A DNA stretch of 64,000 nucleotides, from the NCBI GenBank assembly GCA_964248365.1, contig CAXTYC010000011.1, positions 1 through 64,000 on the forward strand, in the 5' to 3' direction. The stretch comes from an uncultured Chroococcidiopsis sp. (GTDB lineage Bacteria; Cyanobacteriota; Cyanobacteriia; Cyanobacteriales; Chroococcidiopsidaceae). Below, piece after piece: positions 50,615 through 60,430 of the stretch (position 1 is the first letter of the stretch; each line of letters begins with the position of its first letter). Position numbers and translations under genes: made by a program. Below the pieces are notes generated by a model. The model did not search any database, was not told where the DNA came from, and saw only the letters and a list, made by a program, of their open reading frames with translations.

Positions 50615-51565
50615 TTACCAATTACGGTAGAGTTTTTCTGCATAAAACATAATTTCTTCGTTTGGTAGTCTAATTTTTGGTTTTTGTCTGGGATACAAAC
50701 TTTCAACCGCTGTTGTATCTTGCTCAATAACTGTACCTGCTGCTTGTAGAAATGAGTTCTTCAGCAGCTTCCCAAAAGGATTTTTGAACTTGGCATAAAA
50801 CAGAATAAAAGTCTTAGTTCTGTTTTGAGTTTCAGGGTAGAGAATATGAGTTTGAGCAACACTGGCGATCGCTACGTTGCCAAAGAAAACAGTGGTTGAA
50901 GGAAAAGCATATTCAAGTGTGTTATTCATAACTTTAGGCATAATGCCCAAAGCTGGATTTTTGATAATTTCCCCCAATGTGTTGTCAGATCTTATAATCT
51001 CTTGATGTACTTTCGAGTAGTATCCATTTTCCTCAAACGAACTAACATTACAGGTTGTAATTTTAAACATTTCCTTGTGAGTACCATTTTGGTGGTTATA
51101 GTCATAGTTAACCATCAAGTTACTCACGAAATCACCTTGAATACTTTTTTCTCCAGTGACACCTACAAATTCGTATTCATCTACAATTTTTTGATGCAAT
51201 TCTGGAATCGGTAATCTTGGTTCAAATCCGGCATAAGTCCAAATACAATCATTAACAATAATTAGCTCTAATGGTTTGGTAATTGGTTGAACATCCTGTT
51301 TACCTTCTTGGTAGAGTCTACCTTTTGGGTCAAATTCCAGTGCATGAAAAGGACAAGTAATAGTATCTCTTTCTTTACAAACCCAGCCATCTGATAAAGG
51401 TGCTTGCAAATGTGGACAGATATTATCTAATCCAAACACTTCTCCTTTTTGGTTTTGCCAAATCACATAATCATTCCCGTTTAGGGTGATTTTGTTGGGT
51501 TTATTTATTCCCAACATCGATTTGTGAGCAATTAGCCAAGGCGCACCTGGTAAAATCGGTTCCAT
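50615..51565 (-). CDS. Rieske non-heme iron oxygenase (VanA/ring-hydroxylating alpha-subunit-like)
   Basis: CPHLQA...CPFH Rieske ligands; DYNHQNGTH and late EQD mononuclear-iron ligands; start at ATG 51565. Confidence 0.88.
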   Translation of the reverse strand: MEPILPGAPWLIAHKSMLGINKPNKITLNGNDYVIWQNQKGEVFGLDNICPHLQAPLSDGWVCKERDTITCPFHALEFDPKGRLYQEGKQDVQPITKPLELIIVNDCIWTYAGFEPRLPIPELHQKIVDEYEFVGVTGEKSIQGDFVSNLMVNYDYNHQNGTHKEMFKITTCNVSSFEENGYYSKVHQEIIRSDNTLGEIIKNPALGIMPKVMNNTLEYAFPSTTVFFGNVAIASVAQTHILYPETQNRTKTFILFYAKFKNPFGKLLKNSFLQAAGTVIEQDTTAVESLYPRQKPKIRLPNEEIMFYAEKLYRNW

Positions 51566-51705
51566 TGTTTTTCTCTTGTAGACATGAATTTTTTTAGTTT
51601 GGTGCGTTACACCCTTTGTTAACACATCCTACTGCTGCTAATCTCACAAGTCAGCACAAGTCAAAAATGGGCAAGGCTGGGTTGACGTGTGCAACAGCAG
51701 GTATT

Positions 51706-51774
51706 TAACTAATTTTTTAGTTAGTATATAACTGCTAAATTTTCTTTGTCAACTACTAACCAATTTTTTAGTTA
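51706..51774. promoter_or_regulatory. Two palindromic operators, probably for the adjacent TetR
   Basis: TAACTAA-TTTT-TTAGTTA (51706-51723) and TAACCAA-TTTT-TTAGTTA (51757-51774). Confidence 0.75.
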
Positions 51775-51803
51775 AAATATGTTCGTCAATAGAATGGAGA
51801 ACC

Positions 51804-52460
51804 GTGAGTCGTTCAACGCAGTCAAAGCCTTCATCTAACAAGCCTCGGCAAGTACGCTCCAGCGAGGCGACGCAAAAGCAGATTCTGGATGCAGCGATGG
51901 CGGAATTTGCCAAGCATGGTTTGAGTGGGGCGAGGACAGAAGCGATCGCCAAAGGTGCTAGTGTAACAACGGCGATGATTTACTACTACTTCGAGAGTAA
52001 GGAAGGATTATATCAAGCAGTTTTGCAAAGACTTGCTTGTGATATCAATGACTGGATACCGCAGCTTGATTTAGATTCGTTACCCCCAGACTCAGCCTTA
52101 AAACAGCTAATGCAAGGATACATTGCCTATGAAGCTACGAATCCTTACTTTGGTAAGATTTTGTGGCAAGAAGCGCTCCAAAATCAAGGCAAGTATTACA
52201 AACAGACAAACTGGCAAGAAGGTTTCAAGTACCCAATTAGTGTTCTAGAACGTGGCGTGGCAGAAGGTTACTTTCGTCAACTTGACCCGTTTATGACTGC
52301 GATTCATATATGTGGGGTCTGCTCATTTTACTTTGATGCCTACGAAAACCTCAAATACCTAGTCCCAGATTTAGATTTACTCAGCCCAGAAATGATAGAA
52401 AAGCACACCCAGGAAGCGATTAATCTAATTTTAGCAGGTGTACGAGTTCAAAACAAGTAG
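51804..52460 (+). CDS. TetR/AcrR-family transcriptional regulator
   Basis: ILDAAMAEFAKHGLSGARTEAIAKGASVTTAMIYYYFESKEGLY HTH. Confidence 0.95.
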   Translation: MSRSTQSKPSSNKPRQVRSSEATQKQILDAAMAEFAKHGLSGARTEAIAKGASVTTAMIYYYFESKEGLYQAVLQRLACDINDWIPQLDLDSLPPDSALKQLMQGYIAYEATNPYFGKILWQEALQNQGKYYKQTNWQEGFKYPISVLERGVAEGYFRQLDPFMTAIHICGVCSFYFDAYENLKYLVPDLDLLSPEMIEKHTQEAINLILAGVRVQNK

Positions 52461-52580
52461 AATAAATAACACCCCGTGCAGAATTCCTAAAAACTCTCTC
52501 TTTCCTCCGCGTTCTTTGCGTCCTCTGCGGTTCGTTTAAAGTTAAAAAAGTAGGGTGGGCAATGCCCACCGTACAAAATC

Positions 52581-55364
52581 TTAACCCACAAGCATTGCTA
52601 CAGGAAAGTATTTCAGCGCTTCACCGATTTGCACAGTACCATCAGCTTGAATCATTTGCTCAGTGATTGCATCATGCCAAGTTGAGGAAGCTTGTGAAGG
52701 TAAATGAAGGCAAGTATCATGCCATTGTTTTCCTAGCGGGTACTCTTCAGGCTGAATCAAACGGGTGAGAAAACGGGGAACAATGGTAATAATCGTCGTA
52801 TTACCGTCGCTTCTAGCAAAGGCAACAATATGATCTTTAAACTTACCGCTCACCTCCAAAGGTAGGTAATTTCCTTTCTGGAAAACTGCCAAATTCTGTT
52901 TTCGGGCAAGCAGCGCTTTGTAAGTTAGAAATAACTTAATTCTACCATCTTCCGAACTTGAAAACAACTCATCAATCAGCTTTAAAATATCTGTTTGTGC
53001 TTTTTCTTTAATGTCCTTTAAAAACGAAATCAAACGCGAGTAATCAACCGGACGACGGTTATCAGGATCTACCATACTCAAATTCCATAATTCGGTTCCT
53101 TGATAGGTATCAGGTACACCTGGAGAGGTAATTTTCAGCAAAGTCTGTGCTAGAGAATTATAAATACCATAGCTAGCTACTCGCTTTTGAAAAGGTAGAA
53201 ACTTTTGCATGAAAGAATTTGATTTACTTGGCTCTAAAACCTTCTCTACAAAGTTAAGAAATCCCTCTTCATAAGCAGTATCGGGGCGTAACCAAGCTGT
53301 TTGAACTTTAGCTTCTCTTACTGCCTTGAGCATATAATCTTTAATCCTTTTAACAAATTCAACATTCTCACTTTCATTAAAAGGATAAGTACCAACCAAG
53401 GTTTGATAAAAGAAGTATTCATCATTTGCAGCAGGAACCGCTTTTCCTCTAACGTTGCTTTTGTGAGAGCGATTTATTTCACTCCAAGTTTTTACTTGGA
53501 GTTCCCATTCTTTCGGTATTTCTGAAAGCACATTTAATCTTGCTCTGACATCCTCACCTCTTTTGGTATCATGAGTTGCCGTAGCATTCATTTTATGAGT
53601 CCAAGTGATATTTTGTTTTTGATTGAATTCGTGAAAGTCGGCAATTGTAATGCCAAATTTTTCAGGATTACCGCCTACTTCGTTCAAGGATAATAGTCGG
53701 TTATACACATAAAATAATGTGTCTTCAATTCCTTTTGCCATTAAAGGTCCAGTTAGCTGCTGCAACCTCATTACGAAATGAAGCCGTTGAAATTCTTCTG
53801 GGGTGAGTGGCTTTTCAAATTCACGCAAAAGCAAGTTTTCAATAAAGTTAACTTCATTCAAAAGCAGCCCAATTCGATTTCTTGCTTCTTCGATAACTTG
53901 CTTAATGTAGGAGCGATCCTCTTCCCTAAATCCATCTCCATTTACGTAGGTGCGATAAACTGGAAAAAGGGCAAGCACTTCTGCAAGAGTTCTTTTTAAA
54001 CCATTTAAGGTAAAATCGCTAGAGCGCCTAGATTGTCCCGCTATTCTTTTGAGAATTTGAGCTAGGTTGTCTACATCTCCCGCCAAATTCTTATCAACTA
54101 TAATTTGTTTTTTTTCAATAAACAACTGCTCATAAGACCTATTAGAGCCAGTAAATTTAACATAAATATCGTTAAAATGTTTTTCATTCTCACAGCAACA
54201 AAAAATACTATTGACGCGGTTTAAAAAATCATAACCACTTGTTCCTTGAATATTCCAAATCTCAGGTAAGTTCTCTTTAAACTCCAAAATCTTTTCAACA
54301 GTTATATAAACATCTCCGGTGATTTCCCTAAGTCGCTTCAGATATTCCGTAGGATCGTAAAGTCCATCAATATGGTCTATTCTTAATCCGGTTATTGTTC
54401 CTTTTTCAACTAAATGGCTTATCAAGGCGTGAGTTTTGTAGAGAACTTTTAGTTCTTGTACTCTTAAAGAAATTAGTTCATTAACATTAAAAAATCTTCT
54501 ATAATTTATTTGTTCTGCACCTACTTTCCAAAAAGATAGACGGTAAAACTGTTCGTTTAGCAAACTATCCAAATTATTGAAAGTATCGGATTTTTCCGGT
54601 TCTCCATTAAAAAATTCTACATTTTTCTCAATAAATTTTTTGATTTTAGGATTTTGTGTATATAGCTCCCACAAAATTCCTTTAACAAAAGCTATTTGGT
54701 CATATCGTTCTTGACCTTTGGTTTCGCTAGGGACGCTTTTTATTACGTAAAGCATACCCAGTAACTTGACAAAATCTGGATGTTGCCTGCCCAATGTTCT
54801 TGCTAAATATGCTAAATTATGATTAAGAAACTGAGCATAAGATTCTATGCGAACAGGTAATTTTAAACTATAGTAATTGACGCTTAAACCACTCTCATCA
54901 TACTTAAGCTGAATTTCCCCATTTTCTAAACATTCTCCGTAAAAATTCCCTAGCATCGGGGTAAGTACTCGCCCGCGAATATCTTCGTTAGGATGATCCC
55001 ATTCAATATCGAAATAGTCCGAACGTTCAGAATCAGAACCGTTTTCTAGAACGTCCATTAGCCACTGGTTTTCACTATCATAAGCCATGTGGTTAGGAAC
55101 AATATCTTGCACCCATCCCATGTCATGCTGCTTAATTTCATCTGTCAGTGCTTCAAAATCTTCTAATGTCCCCAGTTCGGGATTTAGTAATGTCGGGTCA
55201 ACTACATCATAACCGTGTGTGCTTCCTTTTCTAGCTTTAAAAATTGGTGAAGCGTAGATGTCTGAAATTCCTAATTCTGCTAGGTAAGCAATTATATTTT
55301 TTGCTGCTGGGAAATTAAACTGTGAATTAAATTGAATTCGGTAAGTAGCTGTGGGAATTCGCAT
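52581..55364 (-). CDS. treY: Malto-oligosyltrehalose synthase
   Basis: PTATYRIQF, GSTHGYDVVDP, INYRRFF, GLRIDHIDGL, THDTKRGED. Confidence 0.96.
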   Translation of the reverse strand: MRIPTATYRIQFNSQFNFPAAKNIIAYLAELGISDIYASPIFKARKGSTHGYDVVDPTLLNPELGTLEDFEALTDEIKQHDMGWVQDIVPNHMAYDSENQWLMDVLENGSDSERSDYFDIEWDHPNEDIRGRVLTPMLGNFYGECLENGEIQLKYDESGLSVNYYSLKLPVRIESYAQFLNHNLAYLARTLGRQHPDFVKLLGMLYVIKSVPSETKGQERYDQIAFVKGILWELYTQNPKIKKFIEKNVEFFNGEPEKSDTFNNLDSLLNEQFYRLSFWKVGAEQINYRRFFNVNELISLRVQELKVLYKTHALISHLVEKGTITGLRIDHIDGLYDPTEYLKRLREITGDVYITVEKILEFKENLPEIWNIQGTSGYDFLNRVNSIFCCCENEKHFNDIYVKFTGSNRSYEQLFIEKKQIIVDKNLAGDVDNLAQILKRIAGQSRRSSDFTLNGLKRTLAEVLALFPVYRTYVNGDGFREEDRSYIKQVIEEARNRIGLLLNEVNFIENLLLREFEKPLTPEEFQRLHFVMRLQQLTGPLMAKGIEDTLFYVYNRLLSLNEVGGNPEKFGITIADFHEFNQKQNITWTHKMNATATHDTKRGEDVRARLNVLSEIPKEWELQVKTWSEINRSHKSNVRGKAVPAANDEYFFYQTLVGTYPFNESENVEFVKRIKDYMLKAVREAKVQTAWLRPDTAYEEGFLNFVEKVLEPSKSNSFMQKFLPFQKRVASYGIYNSLAQTLLKITSPGVPDTYQGTELWNLSMVDPDNRRPVDYSRLISFLKDIKEKAQTDILKLIDELFSSSEDGRIKLFLTYKALLARKQNLAVFQKGNYLPLEVSGKFKDHIVAFARSDGNTTIITIVPRFLTRLIQPEEYPLGKQWHDTCLHLPSQASSTWHDAITEQMIQADGTVQIGEALKYFPVAMLVG

Positions 55365-55437
55365 ATATTTGGATTTTTAAGCTAGGTTTAAGGAAAGGGC
55401 TAATGGATAATTGAAAAACTAACCACCAATTACCAAT

Positions 55438-55544
55438 TAAGTAGGTCGTCTGAAATAAACAGCGAACCGTGTGTTGGCGGATCTGATCGGCAGCAAGGGT
55501 TATCTATGTTGACGGTTCGCTGTTTATTTATGACTTTGTACTTA
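55438..55544. mobile_element. MITE-like element between treZ and treY
   Basis: Terminal taagta/tactta and an internal perfect 18-bp IR aaataaacagcgaaccgt (55453-55470) / acggttcgctgtttattt (55512-55529). Confidence 0.55.
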
Positions 55545-55583
55545 CCAAAATTTCTTAAATGTATATAACAGTTAATTTTTAGA

Positions 55584-57407
55584 TTAGAATTGAGATGTTT
55601 CATATAGGGCGAAAGTTTGCGATCGCACTGTTAAATCTTTCCCTTTGGACAGGTTTTCTGGTAAAATTGAACCAGAGCCTAACCACTTTTTATCGGCAGA
55701 ATCTAAAATTTTTCGACTGTTATCACCTGAAAATGTCGAGCCGAAAGTAATATCACAGGAATTGAAATTCATCAGGCAAACTATTTGGTTATTTTCATTC
55801 CATCTGCGCCACTCCAAAATTTTTTTATTTTCGCTGGCGACAACTTCTAAATTTTTGTTACCTGGGTTGAATAAAGCTGGGATTGTGTTACGAAGTTGAA
55901 TTAGGTGTTGATAAAATGACCAGAGAATTTTGTGTTTTCCTTCTTTGCGTTTTTCCCAATTCAATTTGCACTTGATAAATGTTTCAGCTGCTTCTGGATC
56001 GAGTGGTTCTCCTTGCGAGTGAAAGGCAGCAAATTCTTTTTTTCGTCCTTCCCTAACTGCTTTAATTAGATTCTGATCGCCGTGACTGATAAAGTAGGTA
56101 AAAGGTGCTAATTCACCATATTCTTCACCCATAAACAACAAGGGAATATAAGGTGAAAGTATGACTGCACCTGCTGCCAATTTTAGAGCCTCAAATGATA
56201 CGAGTTGGGTTAACCGTTCTCCTAGCATTCGGTTGCCGATTTGATCGTGATTTTGAATGCAAACGACGAATTGAGATGGAGAACAATCAGAGGCAGAATT
56301 GCCATGAAATCGTTGGCGATGGGTTGAATATCGCCAGTCATATACAAAGCTTTCTCGGTAAGCTTTTGCCAGATGTTCGCACTTGCCAAAATCTTGGTAG
56401 TAGCCAATGCGATCGCCAGTCAATAACGTATATAGTGAGTGATGAAAATCATCGCTCCACTGGGCATCAATTCCATATCCCCCTAACTCGGATGGACGAA
56501 TGATTTTAGCATCATTTAAATCACTTTCGGCAATCAGATAAAATTTTCTACCCTGTTGTTCAGAAAGAGCAGCAACATTTTCAGCTAGTTCTGCTAAAAA
56601 GTGTTTAGCGCCTAAATCGTAGATGGCATGAATAGCATCTAGACGTAGCCCATCGATATGATACTCTCGTAGCCAGTAAAGCGCATTTTGAATGAAAAAG
56701 TTACGCACATAGGGGCTGTGGGCATCGTCAAAGTTAACGGCACTACCCCAAGGAGTACGATAAGTTTGGGTAAAATATGGTGCAAAGCGACTGGTGTAAT
56801 TTCCCTCTGGTCCAAAGTGGTTATAAACTACATCCAGAATTACGGCAATTGAGTGCTGGTGACAAGCATCCACGAGTCGCTTCAAACCGTCACAACCGCC
56901 ATAGGAGTTTTGCACAGCAAACGGATAAACACCATCATAGCCCCAGTTGCGGTCGCCTGGAAATTGAGCCACTGGCATCAATTCAATTGCATTGACTCCC
57001 AGTTCCCGTAAATCTTTTAGGCGAGGAATAATTGCCTCAAAGGTTCCTTCTGGTGTGAAAGTCCCTACGTGTAACTCATAAATGATCATTGCCTCCAAAG
57101 GCACACCCGACCAATTACTGTCATTCCAGGCAAAGCTATGGTCGATTACCTGGGACGCTTCGTGTACACCCTGCGGCTGGAAGTTCGAGGCAGGATCAGG
57201 TCTAGCTTCATTGCCATTTAATTGGTAGAAGTATAGCGTACCTGGATAAATGTCGGTTGCGGTTACTTGCCAATAGCCCTCTAACTGCTGCATAGGTAGC
57301 AAACGTGACTGGGGCGAAACGATTTGTACTGCTACGGCTTCTGCGTTGGCAGCCCAAACAGTAAATTTGCAATTACCATCACCTAAATAATCAGCGCCTA
57401 TTCTCAT
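55584..57407 (-). CDS. treZ: Malto-oligosyltrehalose trehalohydrolase
   Basis: YELHVGTFT, WGYDG, GLRLDAIHA, IAESD, QNHDQIGNR; start at ATG 57407 (upstream track extension is STRR sequence). Confidence 0.95.
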   Translation of the reverse strand: MRIGADYLGDGNCKFTVWAANAEAVAVQIVSPQSRLLPMQQLEGYWQVTATDIYPGTLYFYQLNGNEARPDPASNFQPQGVHEASQVIDHSFAWNDSNWSGVPLEAMIIYELHVGTFTPEGTFEAIIPRLKDLRELGVNAIELMPVAQFPGDRNWGYDGVYPFAVQNSYGGCDGLKRLVDACHQHSIAVILDVVYNHFGPEGNYTSRFAPYFTQTYRTPWGSAVNFDDAHSPYVRNFFIQNALYWLREYHIDGLRLDAIHAIYDLGAKHFLAELAENVAALSEQQGRKFYLIAESDLNDAKIIRPSELGGYGIDAQWSDDFHHSLYTLLTGDRIGYYQDFGKCEHLAKAYRESFVYDWRYSTHRQRFHGNSASDCSPSQFVVCIQNHDQIGNRMLGERLTQLVSFEALKLAAGAVILSPYIPLLFMGEEYGELAPFTYFISHGDQNLIKAVREGRKKEFAAFHSQGEPLDPEAAETFIKCKLNWEKRKEGKHKILWSFYQHLIQLRNTIPALFNPGNKNLEVVASENKKILEWRRWNENNQIVCLMNFNSCDITFGSTFSGDNSRKILDSADKKWLGSGSILPENLSKGKDLTVRSQTFALYETSQF

Positions 57408-57520
57408 ATTAAGTTCTGAGTGAGGGGCTAGAAGCTTGGGGCTAGGGGCTAGGGGAAGAGTGGGAAAGGGGGAGAGGGGGAGAGGGTAATAATCATTAAT
57501 TCTAACTTCTGACTCCTGAG

Positions 57521-57552
<32 letters not shown>

Positions 57553-57566
57553 TCACAATTCACACT

Positions 57567-59735
57567 TCATCCTTTCTTTGTCCTCGGCTTGCGCTGCTTC
57601 TTTTGCTTAACTATACGACGTAGTATCACTAGCGATCGCCCTGTCACTGGTACTGTTTTATTACCTGTGAATAAAATCTCTTCGGTAATAAAGCAAGGTT
57701 CTTTGGTGTTAATTACAGCAGCCCATGTTTGATCGTTCAACTGTGCTGGTAAGGTAAACTCAATCAAGTCCCAATGGGCGTTAAAGAAGATCAGAAAACT
57801 ATCATCCCTTACCCGTTCGCCTTGGGGACTAGGATCGGGAATTTCATCGCCATTCAAGAAAACTCCAATCGCCTTAGCATAACCAACTTGCCACTGCTGG
57901 TCAGTCATTTGTGCGCCGTCGGGATTGAACCAAGCGATATCACTTACGCCCGAACCGTGAATTGCTTGACCTTGAAACCACTTGCGCCGCCGGAATACTG
58001 GATGCTTGTGGCGAAAGTCGATCAACTCGCGGGTAAAGTTTAATAGATCAGCATTGTCGTTTTGCAAGTCCCAATCTAACCAAGAAATTTCATTATCTTG
58101 GCAGTAGGCGTTATTGTTGCCTTTCTGAGTCCGCCCCATTTCATCGCCCATTACCAACATTGGGATACCTTGGGACAACATCAAGGTTGTCAAGAAGTTT
58201 CGCCGCTGCTGTTCTCGTAGCTGTCGTACTTGTGGGTTATCGGTTTCACCTTCAGCGCCACAATTCCACGATCTATTGTGACTTTCACCGTCTCGGTTAT
58301 CTTCGTGGTTGGCAAAATTGTGTTTCTCGTTGTAGCTAACTAAATCGTTGAGGGTAAAGCCGTCGTGGGCGGTGATAAAGTTGATACTTGCATGAGGTTG
58401 CCGCCCATTTACCTGATAATATAAGTCAGGGCTACCTGTGAAACGGTAAGCAAATTCGCCCAATTTACCATCCATCCCGCGCCAGAAATCGCGCATTTCA
58501 TCCCGATATCTACCATTCCACTCTGACCAGAGAACTGGGAAGTTACCAACTTGATAACCGCCATCTCCCAAATCCCAAGGTTCGGCAATTAATTTCACAT
58601 CTGCAAGTATGGGATCTTGGTGAATGATATCAAAGAAAGCTGCTAGATTATCTACGGCATAGAGTTCTCGCGCCAAAGCTGAGGCTAGATCGAAGCGGAA
58701 ACCATCAACGTGCATTTCTGTTACCCAATAGCGCAGGCTATCCATGATTAACTTCAGAACTTGGGAATGGCGCACGTTGAGAGAATTACCGCAGCCTGTA
58801 AAATCGAAATAGTAACGGCATTCGTCTTCTACTAGACGATAGTAAGAGGCATTATCGATGCCGCGCAAAGACAAGGTTGGACCTAGATGATTGCCTTCTC
58901 CTGTGTGGTTGTAGACAACATCTAGAATTACCTCAATTCCGGCTTGATGCAAAGCCTTGACCATCTGCTTGAATTCTTTGACTTCCCCCCCTGGAGTTTT
59001 ATTTGCACTATAGCCTTTGTGGGGGGCAAAGTAATTGATCGAATCGTAGCCCCAGTAGTTGCTTAATCCTTTGTCTTCGAGATACCCTGGATCAGAGAAG
59101 AATTGATGAATGGGCATTAGCTCAACTGCTGTAACGCCAAGGGATTTGAGATGTGCGATCGCGGCGGGATGAGCCATTCCTGCATAAGTACCGCGCAGTT
59201 GGGGGGGAATATCTGGGTGTAGCTGGGTAAAGCCCTTGACATGAGTTTCATATATAACGGTTTCGTGCCAAGGTGTGCGTAGCAGTTGGTCATCACCCCA
59301 GTCAAAGGACTGATCGACAACAACACACTTCGGCATCTGACGGGCGCTATCTAATTCGGAAAAGGATAAATCTTTTTCAGGAGAGTCCCAACGATAGCCA
59401 AAGATTTCTGGACCATTGACAATTTCGCCTGCGATCGCTTTAGCATAGGGGTCAATTAAAAGTTTATTGGGATTGAAGCGATGCCCTTCACCTGGCGACC
59501 AAGCGCCATGCACTCTATACCCGTACCTTTGTCCTGGTTTCACTCCTGGGACATAACCATGCCAGATAAAGTTGTTAACCTCGGTTAGAGGTAGGCGAAT
59601 TTCTTTATCGTCTTTATCAAATAAACACAACTCGACACTCGTTGCGTGTTCAGAGAATAAAGAGAAGTTTGTGCCTTTACCATCCCAGGTTGCACCTAAA
59701 GGATATACTTTACCTGGCCAGAGTGCTACTTTCAT
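57567..59735 (-). CDS. glgX: Glycogen debranching enzyme GlgX/TreX
   Basis: PLGATWDG, NYWGY, DVVYNHTGEG, GFRFDLA, AEPWD, TAHDGFTL. Confidence 0.96.
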   Translation of the reverse strand: MKVALWPGKVYPLGATWDGKGTNFSLFSEHATSVELCLFDKDDKEIRLPLTEVNNFIWHGYVPGVKPGQRYGYRVHGAWSPGEGHRFNPNKLLIDPYAKAIAGEIVNGPEIFGYRWDSPEKDLSFSELDSARQMPKCVVVDQSFDWGDDQLLRTPWHETVIYETHVKGFTQLHPDIPPQLRGTYAGMAHPAAIAHLKSLGVTAVELMPIHQFFSDPGYLEDKGLSNYWGYDSINYFAPHKGYSANKTPGGEVKEFKQMVKALHQAGIEVILDVVYNHTGEGNHLGPTLSLRGIDNASYYRLVEDECRYYFDFTGCGNSLNVRHSQVLKLIMDSLRYWVTEMHVDGFRFDLASALARELYAVDNLAAFFDIIHQDPILADVKLIAEPWDLGDGGYQVGNFPVLWSEWNGRYRDEMRDFWRGMDGKLGEFAYRFTGSPDLYYQVNGRQPHASINFITAHDGFTLNDLVSYNEKHNFANHEDNRDGESHNRSWNCGAEGETDNPQVRQLREQQRRNFLTTLMLSQGIPMLVMGDEMGRTQKGNNNAYCQDNEISWLDWDLQNDNADLLNFTRELIDFRHKHPVFRRRKWFQGQAIHGSGVSDIAWFNPDGAQMTDQQWQVGYAKAIGVFLNGDEIPDPSPQGERVRDDSFLIFFNAHWDLIEFTLPAQLNDQTWAAVINTKEPCFITEEILFTGNKTVPVTGRSLVILRRIVKQKKQRKPRTKKG

Positions 59736-60430
59736 AGGTGAAATCTCAATTTAAAATTATTTGGTAAAGAACAATTTGTTAATTATTAACCCAAAAGCAG
59801 GAACTTTCTTGCGGCATGGCAACGATTAAACTATTGCCATACCATTGTTATAATGTTTGGCATTAAACGCCTGCTTCCAGGCTGCAAGGCATATTCCAAT
59901 TTCGTTAATACGTTAAGCTATATCTGTTTTTTACAGATTCAATAGCTTAGTGAACTTTAGTTTAACTTGAGCTTAATATTTGTTATTCCATCCTAAGAAA
60001 GAAGCTTTGGCTATACCTTTAGATGATTTTTGCTCAATCTAATGGTATGCTTGAGTAAGAGAATCTACCTCTTGCACTCGTTTTTTATCTGCACAAGGAG
60101 CTAGCTGTCAAAAAAGCATAGAGAGGGAATATATCGCGTTTCTACTTAGTCAAATTTTTACCACTTAATATCCGATATAAGTGTTATATAATACTCCAAA
60201 ATGTAATATTTGCCTCTTTCTATAGGCAGATGGTTGATAGTCATAATTATTGAATCCTTAGATGATGAAACAGCTAGTTTCATCATCTATATAGAGACGC
60301 GCTTAGGCGCGTCTTTTTCCTAGCTAGAATGTTATAAAAATACATTCAATTAGCGATTAGCGAGTAACTTTTAGCTGTAACTGGTAGTTGGTAACTGTTA
60401 ACTGGTAACTGGTAACTGGTAACTGGTAAT

